Source: a virus. From it: a DNA stretch of 64,000 nucleotides. The DNA lies in the IMG/VR virus record IMGVR_UViG_3300024262_003767, one strand, 5' to 3'. Positions within the stretch are counted from its first letter, which is position 1. Every line of letters starts with the position of its first letter. The notes beneath the pieces were generated by a model that was not told where the DNA came from, ran no database searches, and saw only the letters and a list, made by a program, of their open reading frames with translations. Both the position numbers and the translations under genes were made by a program. Of this stretch, positions 10,020-18,367 are shown piece after piece.

Positions 10020-10265
10020 ATGAAAAATTACTTTAAACAAAGATTAAAAAGAGACAAACAAAATAAGATGATTGCTGGCGTTTGTTCAGGAATCGCAAAT
10101 TATTTTGATGTAGATCCAGTATTAGTAAGATCGGTATTTCTCGTTGGATTATTAATGCCGATTAATGGTTTTCCATTGATATATATTGTATTATGGATTT
10201 TAACACCATACGAAGAAGTTGAAGTTAAACATTATAGTAATGAAAAATATTCAGATGAAAAATAA
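10020..10265 (+). CDS. PspC-domain membrane protein
   Basis: KMIAGVCSGIANYFDVDPVLVRSVFLV followed by a TM helix. Confidence 0.75.
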   Translation: MKNYFKQRLKRDKQNKMIAGVCSGIANYFDVDPVLVRSVFLVGLLMPINGFPLIYIVLWILTPYEEVEVKHYSNEKYSDEK

Positions 10266-10275
10266 AATTAATAAA

Positions 10276-10515
10276 ATGAAAACAATGAAAACTATGCTAA
10301 TAATTTTAGCAATCCTAATGTTAGGAACAACACTTGGAACATCAACACCAAAAGTAAATGAATCTATTTTTGATTTTCCTGAAGAAGAATATATTGATGA
10401 TATTCCTTTTGATACAGATAAGGTAATTAACCAGGACACTTTTAAAATGGAAGAAGAAGGTTATATTGATGATATTCCATTTAATACAGAAAAAGTTGTA
10501 GAAGAATTATCATAA
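10276..10515 (+). CDS. Signal-peptide/anchor protein with two EE.YIDDIPF[DN]T.KV repeats
   Basis: MKTMKTMLIILAILMLGTTLG hydrophobic N-terminus; start uncertain (10219, 10255 or 10276); internal tandem repeat. Confidence 0.5.
   Translation: MKTMKTMLIILAILMLGTTLGTSTPKVNESIFDFPEEEYIDDIPFDTDKVINQDTFKMEEEGYIDDIPFNTEKVVEELS
10381..10500 (+). repeat. Imperfect direct repeat (about 45-50 nt units) encoding the IDDIPF motif twice
   Basis: gaagaagaatatattgatgatattccttttgatacagataaggta versus gaagaagaaggttatattgatgatattccatttaatacagaaaaagttgta. Confidence 0.7.
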
Positions 10516-11070
10516 TTCCTCTACAACTATATTTGTCTTATTGTGTTCGTGATCTGAATAAATATATTTACTTCCAAATAATGGCACTTCTTTCAAATTA
10601 TCTTTTACATACTTACCCCCCATTCCTTTCTTAACATAAGCAATTGTCATGTGTGCATGATAATCTGGATGATTATTTGTGTATTCAAATCTAAAGCACA
10701 TAGTCTTATTAAGTTCTCTTAACTTATCTGAGTGAATATCAAATTTAACAACATCATATTCATCTTGTTCAAATATTGTTATATCACCTCTCATAATATC
10801 ATCTATATCTTCCAATTTAGGTAAATATGTTTTGATATCTTTTGCTATACCATCATAGTGATGAAATCCATATAAAATTGTACAATGTGCCTCATCTTCA
10901 TATCCATAATCATTTGTATCATCATCATCTTGTGATGTGTAAATATCTTCTTCTGGTATCATTCTTCTAATAAATTCGATCCAATTACTAAAAGAAAAAT
11001 ATAACATCAGACAACCTAATTTTGGTTTATCATCTTCCATATAGTTATCAAATTTTAGTATTTCAGCCAT
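10510..11070 (-). CDS. 2H phosphoesterase superfamily protein (LigT/CPDase-like)
   Basis: Two HxT motifs, AHCTILYGF and AHMTIAYV. Start moved to MAEILKF (ATG at 11070), 20 nt from the TATATATA box. Confidence 0.65.
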   Translation of the reverse strand: MAEILKFDNYMEDDKPKLGCLMLYFSFSNWIEFIRRMIPEEDIYTSQDDDDTNDYGYEDEAHCTILYGFHHYDGIAKDIKTYLPKLEDIDDIMRGDITIFEQDEYDVVKFDIHSDKLRELNKTMCFRFEYTNNHPDYHAHMTIAYVKKGMGGKYVKDNLKEVPLFGSKYIYSDHEHNKTNIVVEEL

Positions 11071-11090
11071 AATTTTAATGCTTTTTCTTT

Positions 11091-11098
11091 TATATATA
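11091..11098. promoter_or_regulatory. TATATATA box centred in a divergent intergenic region
   Basis: 20 nt from the minus-strand ATG at 11070 and 22 nt from the plus-strand ATG at 11121. Confidence 0.45.
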
Positions 11099-11120
11099 AA
11101 TAAAAATATTTTTTGTTTAA

Positions 11121-11684
11121 ATGACTGAAAATTTAATAATTGTTGATGTACAACCAACATATAACAAATTTATAGATTTTGATATTGGTGAATTTGTTAG
11201 TTGGATAAATAACTCATCTTTTGATGAGGTTTTTTGTTTATATAATGGTCCTGAATTAGGTTATGAAGATGATGAATGGAGAATATCAAATTGGTATTAT
11301 GATTGGGGATTAGATAGGGATATAAGTTTTAGATTTTTTGAAAAATCTTATGGTTGGTTTCGTGATTTTATGGAAGATATGGATGATGATAATATAATTT
11401 CTATTGGTAAATATATGATAGAACACGACATATGGGATTCGAGATATTTTAAAAAGAAAGATATAAAAATTTTAAAAGATAGAGGAATAAGTACAAGGTA
11501 TTTAGGTAAAGAAAGTAGAGTAATGTATATACCTGAATTAAAAGATTACTTATCAAATAATATATATACTAACGAAGAAATTATTATTTGTGGTGGTGGT
11601 GTCGATGAATGTTACAAAGAAGTTAATATGTTATTGGAAATGATGGGATATAAATTTAAAGAAAAAATAAAATTTGTCTATTAA
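11121..11684 (+). CDS. Hypothetical protein, weak isochorismatase-like pattern
   Basis: LIIVDVQPTY at the N-terminus and IICGGGVDECY near the C-terminus resemble the cysteine-hydrolase fold; weak. Confidence 0.5.
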   Translation: MTENLIIVDVQPTYNKFIDFDIGEFVSWINNSSFDEVFCLYNGPELGYEDDEWRISNWYYDWGLDRDISFRFFEKSYGWFRDFMEDMDDDNIISIGKYMIEHDIWDSRYFKKKDIKILKDRGISTRYLGKESRVMYIPELKDYLSNNIYTNEEIIICGGGVDECYKEVNMLLEMMGYKFKEKIKFVY

Positions 11685-12703
11685 TGTATAGTAAAGAACC
11701 AATTATAAAGTTATTAACATCTATGATCAAATCTTATGTAGAATATGGAGATGAGATAGGTTATACAAAAAAAGAGATGGATGATATTATTGAAAAATAT
11801 GAGTTATTATATTTAGATTATGACTATAACGATGCAATCTTATTATATGACGAAAAATATGTAACAAAAAAAGAGTTTACAGATAAAATTCGTGAACTTT
11901 TTGATGATGCCCAAAATGGTCATTTAGATATTGATATCGTAGAATATATTGAGTTTTTAGAAAAAAATAGTTTAGTTAATATTTGTATAGATAAAATGGA
12001 ACGATCTGATATTAAAAAAGATGATGATGGTAATTGGTATTTTTATGCAAAAGGTGGTTGGGATTATTTTTGTGATTGGTTTAAGGTTGATAGTGATTAT
12101 AGAGACAATGTTGTTAAAATGATATTAAATGGTGAAGGTTATGAATTGTTTGATTATAATCCTAGCGATTATTCTGATTTTTCGTATATAAATATAAATG
12201 ATGATAATTTGAAATATTTGAAAACTATTGTTCAAAATATGAAAGATGATTTTGAACTTGATCAAGATGAAATAGATAATATAGGTGATATAGATGATGT
12301 TTATAGTATTGCTAAAAATAATGATTTAGATGATTTAGAGACTGCATTAACAATGGTAAATTGTAGAGCGCAGGGTTATGCTGATGAGGGTGAAGCATAT
12401 GACTACACAACTAATCTAATTCTAGAACATTTTAATCTTACTCTTGATGGATTAAAATGGGTAAAATTTAATAAAAATTCCGAATATGATGATACTTTAA
12501 AAATAAAATTTAAAGATGAAGAATCCGCAAAAAATGCTATAATTTTATTATATAAGATCGAAAATAGAACTTATGATGATGATGATTTTTTTATAGAATG
12601 GAGTTCACCCTACGGTGGTTGGATTGGAGACGCAGATAAATATATTGATGATGAAATACAAGAAAGAGTTCCAGATTATGTTGATGAAAAATATTTGCCT
12701 TAA
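11684..12703 (+). CDS. Highly acidic hypothetical protein
   Basis: ORF track; D/E-rich throughout (DDDDFFIEW, DQDEIDNIGDIDD). Confidence 0.55.
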   Translation: MYSKEPIIKLLTSMIKSYVEYGDEIGYTKKEMDDIIEKYELLYLDYDYNDAILLYDEKYVTKKEFTDKIRELFDDAQNGHLDIDIVEYIEFLEKNSLVNICIDKMERSDIKKDDDGNWYFYAKGGWDYFCDWFKVDSDYRDNVVKMILNGEGYELFDYNPSDYSDFSYININDDNLKYLKTIVQNMKDDFELDQDEIDNIGDIDDVYSIAKNNDLDDLETALTMVNCRAQGYADEGEAYDYTTNLILEHFNLTLDGLKWVKFNKNSEYDDTLKIKFKDEESAKNAIILLYKIENRTYDDDDFFIEWSSPYGGWIGDADKYIDDEIQERVPDYVDEKYLP

Positions 12704-12724
12704 AAAATTAATATATACAGTACA

Positions 12725-12934
12725 ATGAAAAGATTGAAAAAGTTAAACGAATTATTTTTTGATAGAAGTGAATTAGATGATGGTAATGTTAGATTTTACC
12801 TATTAAATCCCGATACAAATAAAGGTTTTGCGTTTGATGTAGAACGTGAAGATATGAATACTTTAGAAGATATCCTGAAACGCAACAATGTAGTATATGA
12901 AATTGATGATGGTGGAAATGATTTACCGTTTTAA
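12725..12934 (+). CDS. Small acidic hypothetical protein
   Basis: ORF track. Confidence 0.45.
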   Translation: MKRLKKLNELFFDRSELDDGNVRFYLLNPDTNKGFAFDVEREDMNTLEDILKRNNVVYEIDDGGNDLPF

Positions 12935-12985
12935 AAAATGAAATAAAAAATTAAATATATACATTTGGAAAATAAAATACAACAC

Positions 12986-13342
12986 ATGTTTAAAAATACC
13001 TCTGAAAGATTTAAAGATATGAATTTCGGGCAAAAAATAATTATCGGCATTTTAACAACCGTTGGTGCCGCAATAATTATAGGGTTATTTATTATGGCAA
13101 CAAAAGTATATTCTTTTGAAGTTGATATAACAGACATTAAAGGTGATATGAAAGAAAAAGCGGCAATAGAGTATGTTGACAAATCTATCGAAAATATAGA
13201 TATTAGTGTTGGTACAAATGGCGAAAAAATAAAAGCTATCAAAGAAGAAGATATCAAAGACATAAAGGAAGGTATCAAAGATTTAAATAATAAAATAGAT
13301 GAAAACCAAAAATTCATCCTTGAGTATATCAAAAACAAATAA
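12986..13342 (+). CDS. Membrane-anchored coiled-coil protein
   Basis: The ORF-track start at 12965 is TTG; the first ATG is at 12986. TM helix IIIGILTTVGAAIIIGLFIM. Preferred over the antisense ORF 12931..13377. Confidence 0.45.
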   Translation: MFKNTSERFKDMNFGQKIIIGILTTVGAAIIIGLFIMATKVYSFEVDITDIKGDMKEKAAIEYVDKSIENIDISVGTNGEKIKAIKEEDIKDIKEGIKDLNNKIDENQKFILEYIKNK

Positions 13343-13423
13343 AAATTTCCATAAATTATACATTTTTTAAACTTCACAATATTTTTTAATATATAATCAT
13401 CAAATTAAAAAATAATTTGTGAT

Positions 13424-13771
13424 ATGAAAAGAAAATATAGTGATTATTTGGACGCATCAGGAAATTGGCAATTATTAGTAAATGGTGACGAAGATAGTTG
13501 GTGGGATTATAAAGGTGATTGTATTGAAAGAATTTTAGAATTATTAAGTTCAGAAAGTGGTTTACAGGAATTTGATTATGAAGGTGACATTCTAGATTTA
13601 GAAGATCTTAAATATGAATTGGAAAGTCTTTCTGAAGAAGATTTTTATACTGTATTAGAAGAAATAAAAAGAGAGTGTGATTTTTCAGGTGATATTAAAA
13701 TGTTTAATATATCAGATGAAGATGAAATAGATTTCTTAAAAGAAGAAAAAGAGTATTACGATTTCGATTAA
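13424..13771 (+). CDS. Highly acidic hypothetical protein
   Basis: ORF track; D/E-rich. Confidence 0.5.
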   Translation: MKRKYSDYLDASGNWQLLVNGDEDSWWDYKGDCIERILELLSSESGLQEFDYEGDILDLEDLKYELESLSEEDFYTVLEEIKRECDFSGDIKMFNISDEDEIDFLKEEKEYYDFD

Positions 13772-14487
13772 TCTTTATCCAACATAAATAAAGCCAAATC
13801 ATATTTTATTGGATCTTGGCTATCCATCTTTTTCAAATTATTAGTTAGTTCAATAACTGATTTCCAATCGTTTTGATTTCTGGTAAGTAATCCAAATTCT
13901 CTTGACATGTTTCCAACATGAACATCAAGAGGTATGTATAAATTGGACTTATCTATATTTTTCCATAATCCAAAATCTACATTATCATCTCTAACCATCC
14001 ATCTTAAAAACATATTTAATCTTTTTGCCGCTGAATTGTTTTCTACGTTGGAAAGGTGTTTTTCACTTCGTTGTTCATGTTCAAGAGAGAAAAAAATTTT
14101 CCAAAATCTAATTAAACTATTTTTTATATCATTCGTGAAAAATGTTTCCAATCCACTATAATTCAAATAAATATATCTTAGAGATTTCATATAATATATC
14201 ATATCAATATCCTTAATTGTTCTATGTTTAAATCCTTTAAGATTATTAAAATCTCCATATAAAATATAATTGTGAGGTTCATTATTCATTAATTCCATTA
14301 ATGAGTTTGACTTATTTATGATAATATCTCTCCTACCAAATGATATTATAGAAGTTAAAAATGCTGAGATTTCTATATCATAGAAACATTCAAATCTATG
14401 TGGAATTGATATTGGGTCATTTTCTATGAATAATTTATTATTATTAATTTTATAACTTTCTTCAAGTTGCTCTTTTATGTCTTTCAT
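13768..14487 (-). CDS. TIGR02757/DUF2400-like protein (HhH-GPD glycosylase-related fold)
   Basis: FGRRD, KRLNMFLRWMVRDDNVDFGLW, IPLDVHV pattern as recalled for this family. Confidence 0.5.
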   Translation of the reverse strand: MKDIKEQLEESYKINNNKLFIENDPISIPHRFECFYDIEISAFLTSIISFGRRDIIINKSNSLMELMNNEPHNYILYGDFNNLKGFKHRTIKDIDMIYYMKSLRYIYLNYSGLETFFTNDIKNSLIRFWKIFFSLEHEQRSEKHLSNVENNSAAKRLNMFLRWMVRDDNVDFGLWKNIDKSNLYIPLDVHVGNMSREFGLLTRNQNDWKSVIELTNNLKKMDSQDPIKYDLALFMLDKD

Positions 14488-14500
14488 TCTGTATTTCCAT

Positions 14501-15514
14501 TTATAAATTTTTTAAATTATATTTTAAATACCAATCTATAAATTTCTTTATTCCAATTTTGTATGATGTTGAAGGTTTAAAATCTATTGCTTCTTCCAGT
14601 AATGTGGTGTCTGCACCAGCATATCGAATATTTGTTATGTTGTTTCCAACAAAATCTTTTTCTGACTCTTTATTTAAATTTTTTTCAATCTCTTTAATAA
14701 AATCCATAATATTAATTGGTTCAGAATTACCAATATTATAAATTTTACATAAACCTATACTATTATCCTTCATTAATAAATAAATGCTTTTTACAACATC
14801 ATCAATATAAGTAAAATCTCTATAAATTTTACCATCATTATAAATTGTTATTGGTTTATTATTTATTATTTTTTTAGTAAAAATATAAGCGGCACTATCT
14901 GGTCTACCCCAAGGACCATAAACACTAAATAATCTCATACCTATTGTTTTAATGTTATGTATATGGCTATATGTGTGAGCCATTAATTCGTTAGATTTTT
15001 TAGTTGATGCACACATAGATATTGGTAAATTGGTGTTGTCTGTTTCTTTTAATAATATTTTACTTCTATCTGCTGTTAATCCATATACTGAAGATGCGCT
15101 TGCATACATTATTTTATCTACACCATAATCTTTTGATATTTCTAAAACACTATTAAACCCATGAATATTAATATTAATAAATTTGCTTGGATATACTTCA
15201 CTTAATTTTATTCCCGTAAGAGCAGCAAGATGTATAACAATTTTTACATGAAATTCTGAAAATATTTCTCTTAACCTTTTTGTATCGTTAATTTCTACAT
15301 ACGAAAAATCAAAATTTGAATATTTTTTACTTGTTACTGCTCTACCAATTTCTATTGTATCTATTCCTAATTCTTTAAGTCTATCTAATTTAATAGTATT
15401 ACTATAACCTATTTCTTCAAGAAAATCAACGCCAATAACATCTTCACCTTGTTCAATTAAATATTTTGCCAAATTAAACCCTACAAATCCAGCAACACCA
15501 GTAATTAGTATCAT
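14501..15514 (-). CDS. Extended SDR NAD-dependent sugar-nucleotide epimerase (UDP-glucuronate 4-epimerase-like) with CxxxK in place of YxxxK
   Basis: ILITGVAGFVGFNL, YASASSVYG, PISMCASTKKSNELMAHTYSH; start moved to ATG at 15514. Confidence 0.75.
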   Translation of the reverse strand: MILITGVAGFVGFNLAKYLIEQGEDVIGVDFLEEIGYSNTIKLDRLKELGIDTIEIGRAVTSKKYSNFDFSYVEINDTKRLREIFSEFHVKIVIHLAALTGIKLSEVYPSKFININIHGFNSVLEISKDYGVDKIMYASASSVYGLTADRSKILLKETDNTNLPISMCASTKKSNELMAHTYSHIHNIKTIGMRLFSVYGPWGRPDSAAYIFTKKIINNKPITIYNDGKIYRDFTYIDDVVKSIYLLMKDNSIGLCKIYNIGNSEPINIMDFIKEIEKNLNKESEKDFVGNNITNIRYAGADTTLLEEAIDFKPSTSYKIGIKKFIDWYLKYNLKNL

Positions 15515-15535
15515 AATTTTTTGATGTTTTATTTT

Positions 15536-15543
15536 TATATATT
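15536..15543 (-). promoter_or_regulatory. TATATATT box
   Basis: 21 nt upstream of the epimerase ATG at 15514. Confidence 0.4.
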
Positions 15544-15604
15544 GATTTTTTATAAATAAAAAATAATTTTTAATATATAGATAGAGAAAAAATAACAATT
15601 TCTA

Positions 15605-16657
15605 ATGAAACATATTACACCTTTTAAAATTTTTGAAAATATCTCATATGATAAATTAGTTCCAATAGCAACAAATGAAATTAATTGGGGTTGGGAAGAC
15701 GATTCTGTTCATATTAAAGCGACAGTATTTTTCGATCCAACTGGTTCAGGCGAATTATTTTTAAGTATAAGAAGAGTACACACAAAACATGGACTTGGTG
15801 CTGGCAAATTTCCAAGTGATGTAATATCTTACGAACCAATAGGAACAATTGATAAACCAGATTTAAGAAAAGTACAACAATTATTGAGTAAACATAAATA
15901 TGGAACTTCATCTCGTGCGGGTGGAGGTGGTTTCAAAAGACAGTGGACTGACAATAAAGGTGATAATGTAGCTCTTGGTAAAATTATAACTAATTCTAGA
16001 TATCTTAAAATGTCCAATTTAAAAAACAAATTAGCAAAAAAACATACACCAAAAACTGAGATAATTGAAGATATAAAGATTATGAAATATGGTAGAGGTT
16101 ATGTTGTTTATGGACAAGGTACAAAGGCTATTAAGGATAAATTAAAACAAATTGGTGCTAGATTTAATTTTAGATTAACACATCCTGTAACAAAAGAAAA
16201 ATTTGTAGGTTGGGTTATTTCACCAAGCAAATTAAATGATGTTAAACAACTAGCTGGGGTTAAAATTATAACAGAATCTTATGTTTCCCAAAATTTAAAA
16301 AATGATATAAAAGAAAATTTTGATGATGGCGAATTGGTTAGATTTTTTCCAAAAATATATGAAGAATTTTTTGATATTATAACTGAAGATGATGAATTGG
16401 ATTATTCTGATTCTGATGAAGATGATATAGAATTTGATTTTGCTGAAGCCGTCAAAATGTACATTATGGATAATTTTGATGAAACATTAGAAATTAATTT
16501 CTTAGAATCATATTTAAATGAAAAGGAATTTAGTTCACCTTCAAAAGATTATAGAGATCTAAGTGAAAATGCTAAAATTATTTATGATAATTTAGAACAA
16601 AGATTAGAAATAGTTTTTTGGACTGCGTTAGAAAATCAATTAATAAGTAGTTTATGA
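15605..16657 (+). CDS. Hypothetical protein with acidic C-terminal half
   Basis: ORF track; contains DDIEFDFAEA, shared with the next ORF. Confidence 0.55.
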   Translation: MKHITPFKIFENISYDKLVPIATNEINWGWEDDSVHIKATVFFDPTGSGELFLSIRRVHTKHGLGAGKFPSDVISYEPIGTIDKPDLRKVQQLLSKHKYGTSSRAGGGGFKRQWTDNKGDNVALGKIITNSRYLKMSNLKNKLAKKHTPKTEIIEDIKIMKYGRGYVVYGQGTKAIKDKLKQIGARFNFRLTHPVTKEKFVGWVISPSKLNDVKQLAGVKIITESYVSQNLKNDIKENFDDGELVRFFPKIYEEFFDIITEDDELDYSDSDEDDIEFDFAEAVKMYIMDNFDETLEINFLESYLNEKEFSSPSKDYRDLSENAKIIYDNLEQRLEIVFWTALENQLISSL

Positions 16658-16986
16658 AATATTTAAAAGTTTACGAAGAACACACCAAAAAGTATATGCC
16701 TATCTGTATATGGATTGGAGAAGGTGAGGATAGTTGGGATAGTTATTTTTCTGATGATATTGAATTTGATTTTGATGAGGCTCAAACTCGGTTATCAACT
16801 ATGAGAAGCGATTGGGAAAAGAATCAACCTGATGTGTATGATCATTATAAATTATCATTTATGGTTATACCATATTACAAATATGTTGCTATTCAAGATA
16901 TCGAAAAAGGTAGTGAGATAATGGAGTTATTAAATGATAATGAAAGATTAAATTTATTGATACAGTCAAAAAAATATAATTTATGA
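16654..16986 (+). CDS. Hypothetical protein
   Basis: ORF track; 4-nt ATGA overlap with upstream gene; DDIEFDFDEA; ends KKYNL. Confidence 0.5.
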   Translation: MKYLKVYEEHTKKYMPICIWIGEGEDSWDSYFSDDIEFDFDEAQTRLSTMRSDWEKNQPDVYDHYKLSFMVIPYYKYVAIQDIEKGSEIMELLNDNERLNLLIQSKKYNL

Positions 16987-17408
16987 AAAAATTTGAAGAA
17001 TTTAAAATTAATGAATCTTCAACACTCAAATACTCTGTTGTTGGAAGATTTATGACTAATAATGTTAAAAAATGGTTTTTTTCTGAGAATGACAATTTTG
17101 CTGAACTTAATTATTGGAACAAGAATCCAGATTATGCTTTTGAATTTAAACTCAAAAATTTCGATAAAGATATAATATCAAGGGTTGAAAAAATGAGAGA
17201 TTTTTTTAACTTAAAAAGAGATTGGAAAATAGTAGCAATAACATCAAGTAGAGTAGGGTTTTATTTTCATATAAAATCTGATGATATGCCTATAATCTTA
17301 GAAAGATTAAAAGAAATAGATCCTGAAAATATTAAAACAATTGATAGTCTTTTAAAAGGTTTAGAACAACGAAAAATATTAAATACTGCTAATAAATATA
17401 ATTTATAA
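16983..17408 (+). CDS. Hypothetical protein
   Basis: ORF track; 4-nt overlap with upstream gene; ends ANKYNL. Confidence 0.5.
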   Translation: MKKFEEFKINESSTLKYSVVGRFMTNNVKKWFFSENDNFAELNYWNKNPDYAFEFKLKNFDKDIISRVEKMRDFFNLKRDWKIVAITSSRVGFYFHIKSDDMPIILERLKEIDPENIKTIDSLLKGLEQRKILNTANKYNL

Positions 17409-17434
17409 TTATAAACTTTTTGACTAAATTTTTT

Positions 17435-17442
17435 TATATATA
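17435..17442 (+). promoter_or_regulatory. TATATATA box
   Basis: 58 nt upstream of the ATG at 17501. Confidence 0.35.
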
Positions 17443-17500
17443 GACAAGTTTTAAAAGAATTAATTGGAGGTAATTTACTTACCTTTAAAAAAAAATTTTT

Positions 17501-18367
17501 ATGACGAAAGTAGATTACAAAACGAATTATATTGAACCTCAAGATTTTAACCTCTTAATTTCAAAATTAAGAGGATTTTTTATGGAAAATGGTTTCCTTG
17601 AGACATTTCCACAACCTAAATTAACAATACTTGCAGCGTGTGAAGACCCAAAAACTGTTAGAAGTTTTGAATTTGGTGGTGAAAAATTTCCACTACCCCA
17701 AACAAATCAGATGAACTTGGAAGAAGAACTTATGGTAGACTCAACAATAGATGGACTTTTTTGCTTAACAGCATCATATAGAGATGAACCAAACCCTATT
17801 GAAGGTCGCCACATGAAATCATTTCCAATGTTTGAAGCAGAACATAAAGGGGATTTTTCAAATCTAATACAAACAATAAGTGAGTGTTGTGTGTATTTAG
17901 GTTTAGTCGAAAAGGTTGCCGATATCCCAATATTCACATATGATGAACTTTGTGAACATTATAAAGTTGAAGATTTAACTTCTACTGAAGAAACATTGAT
18001 GTGTAAAGAATATGGTGATGTTGTCGCTATTACTATGTTTCCTGATAGGACAGATCCATTTTTCAACATGCGTGTTGATGGTTGTAACTTAAAAGGTGAA
18101 AAATTGTCCAACAAAGTAGATTTTATTGTTTGTGGACAGGAAACATTTGGTTGTGCTGAAAGAGAGATAGACATAAACTTAATGAGGAATAACTTCCACA
18201 CAATTAGTAATGGCGGGTATTCTGGACTATTATTTGAAAAATTTGGTAAGGAAAGAGTTGAAAAGGAATTGGAAGACTTTTTGAAATTGCCAATGATTGA
18301 AAGGTGGGGATTTGGTTGTGGTTTGACTAGATTATCAAGAGCAATGAAAAAGAAAGGATTAATTTAA
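17501..18367 (+). CDS. Stand-alone class-II aminoacyl-tRNA-synthetase catalytic core (AsnA/EpmA/AspRS-AsnRS-like), no anticodon-binding domain
   Basis: Motif-2-like ASYRDEPNPIEGRHMKSFPMFEAE and motif-3-like GFGCGLTRLSRAM; 288 aa. Confidence 0.6.
   Translation: MTKVDYKTNYIEPQDFNLLISKLRGFFMENGFLETFPQPKLTILAACEDPKTVRSFEFGGEKFPLPQTNQMNLEEELMVDSTIDGLFCLTASYRDEPNPIEGRHMKSFPMFEAEHKGDFSNLIQTISECCVYLGLVEKVADIPIFTYDELCEHYKVEDLTSTEETLMCKEYGDVVAITMFPDRTDPFFNMRVDGCNLKGEKLSNKVDFIVCGQETFGCAEREIDINLMRNNFHTISNGGYSGLLFEKFGKERVEKELEDFLKLPMIERWGFGCGLTRLSRAMKKKGLI

Noticed and set aside
11121-11684. Second nicotinamidase/isochorismatase paralogue
   Set aside because: The resemblance is limited to LIIVDVQ and GGGVDEC. 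The spacing and the middle of the protein do not match what I recall of PncA, so it is kept as hypothetical.
12931-13377. Minus-strand 148-aa ORF overlapping 12965..13342
   Set aside because: It is extremely hydrophobic and low-complexity (F/I/S/L), and it runs antisense to a run of plus-strand genes. The plus-strand ORF has a plausible TM helix plus coiled coil and fits the operon direction. Confidence in either ORF is only moderate.
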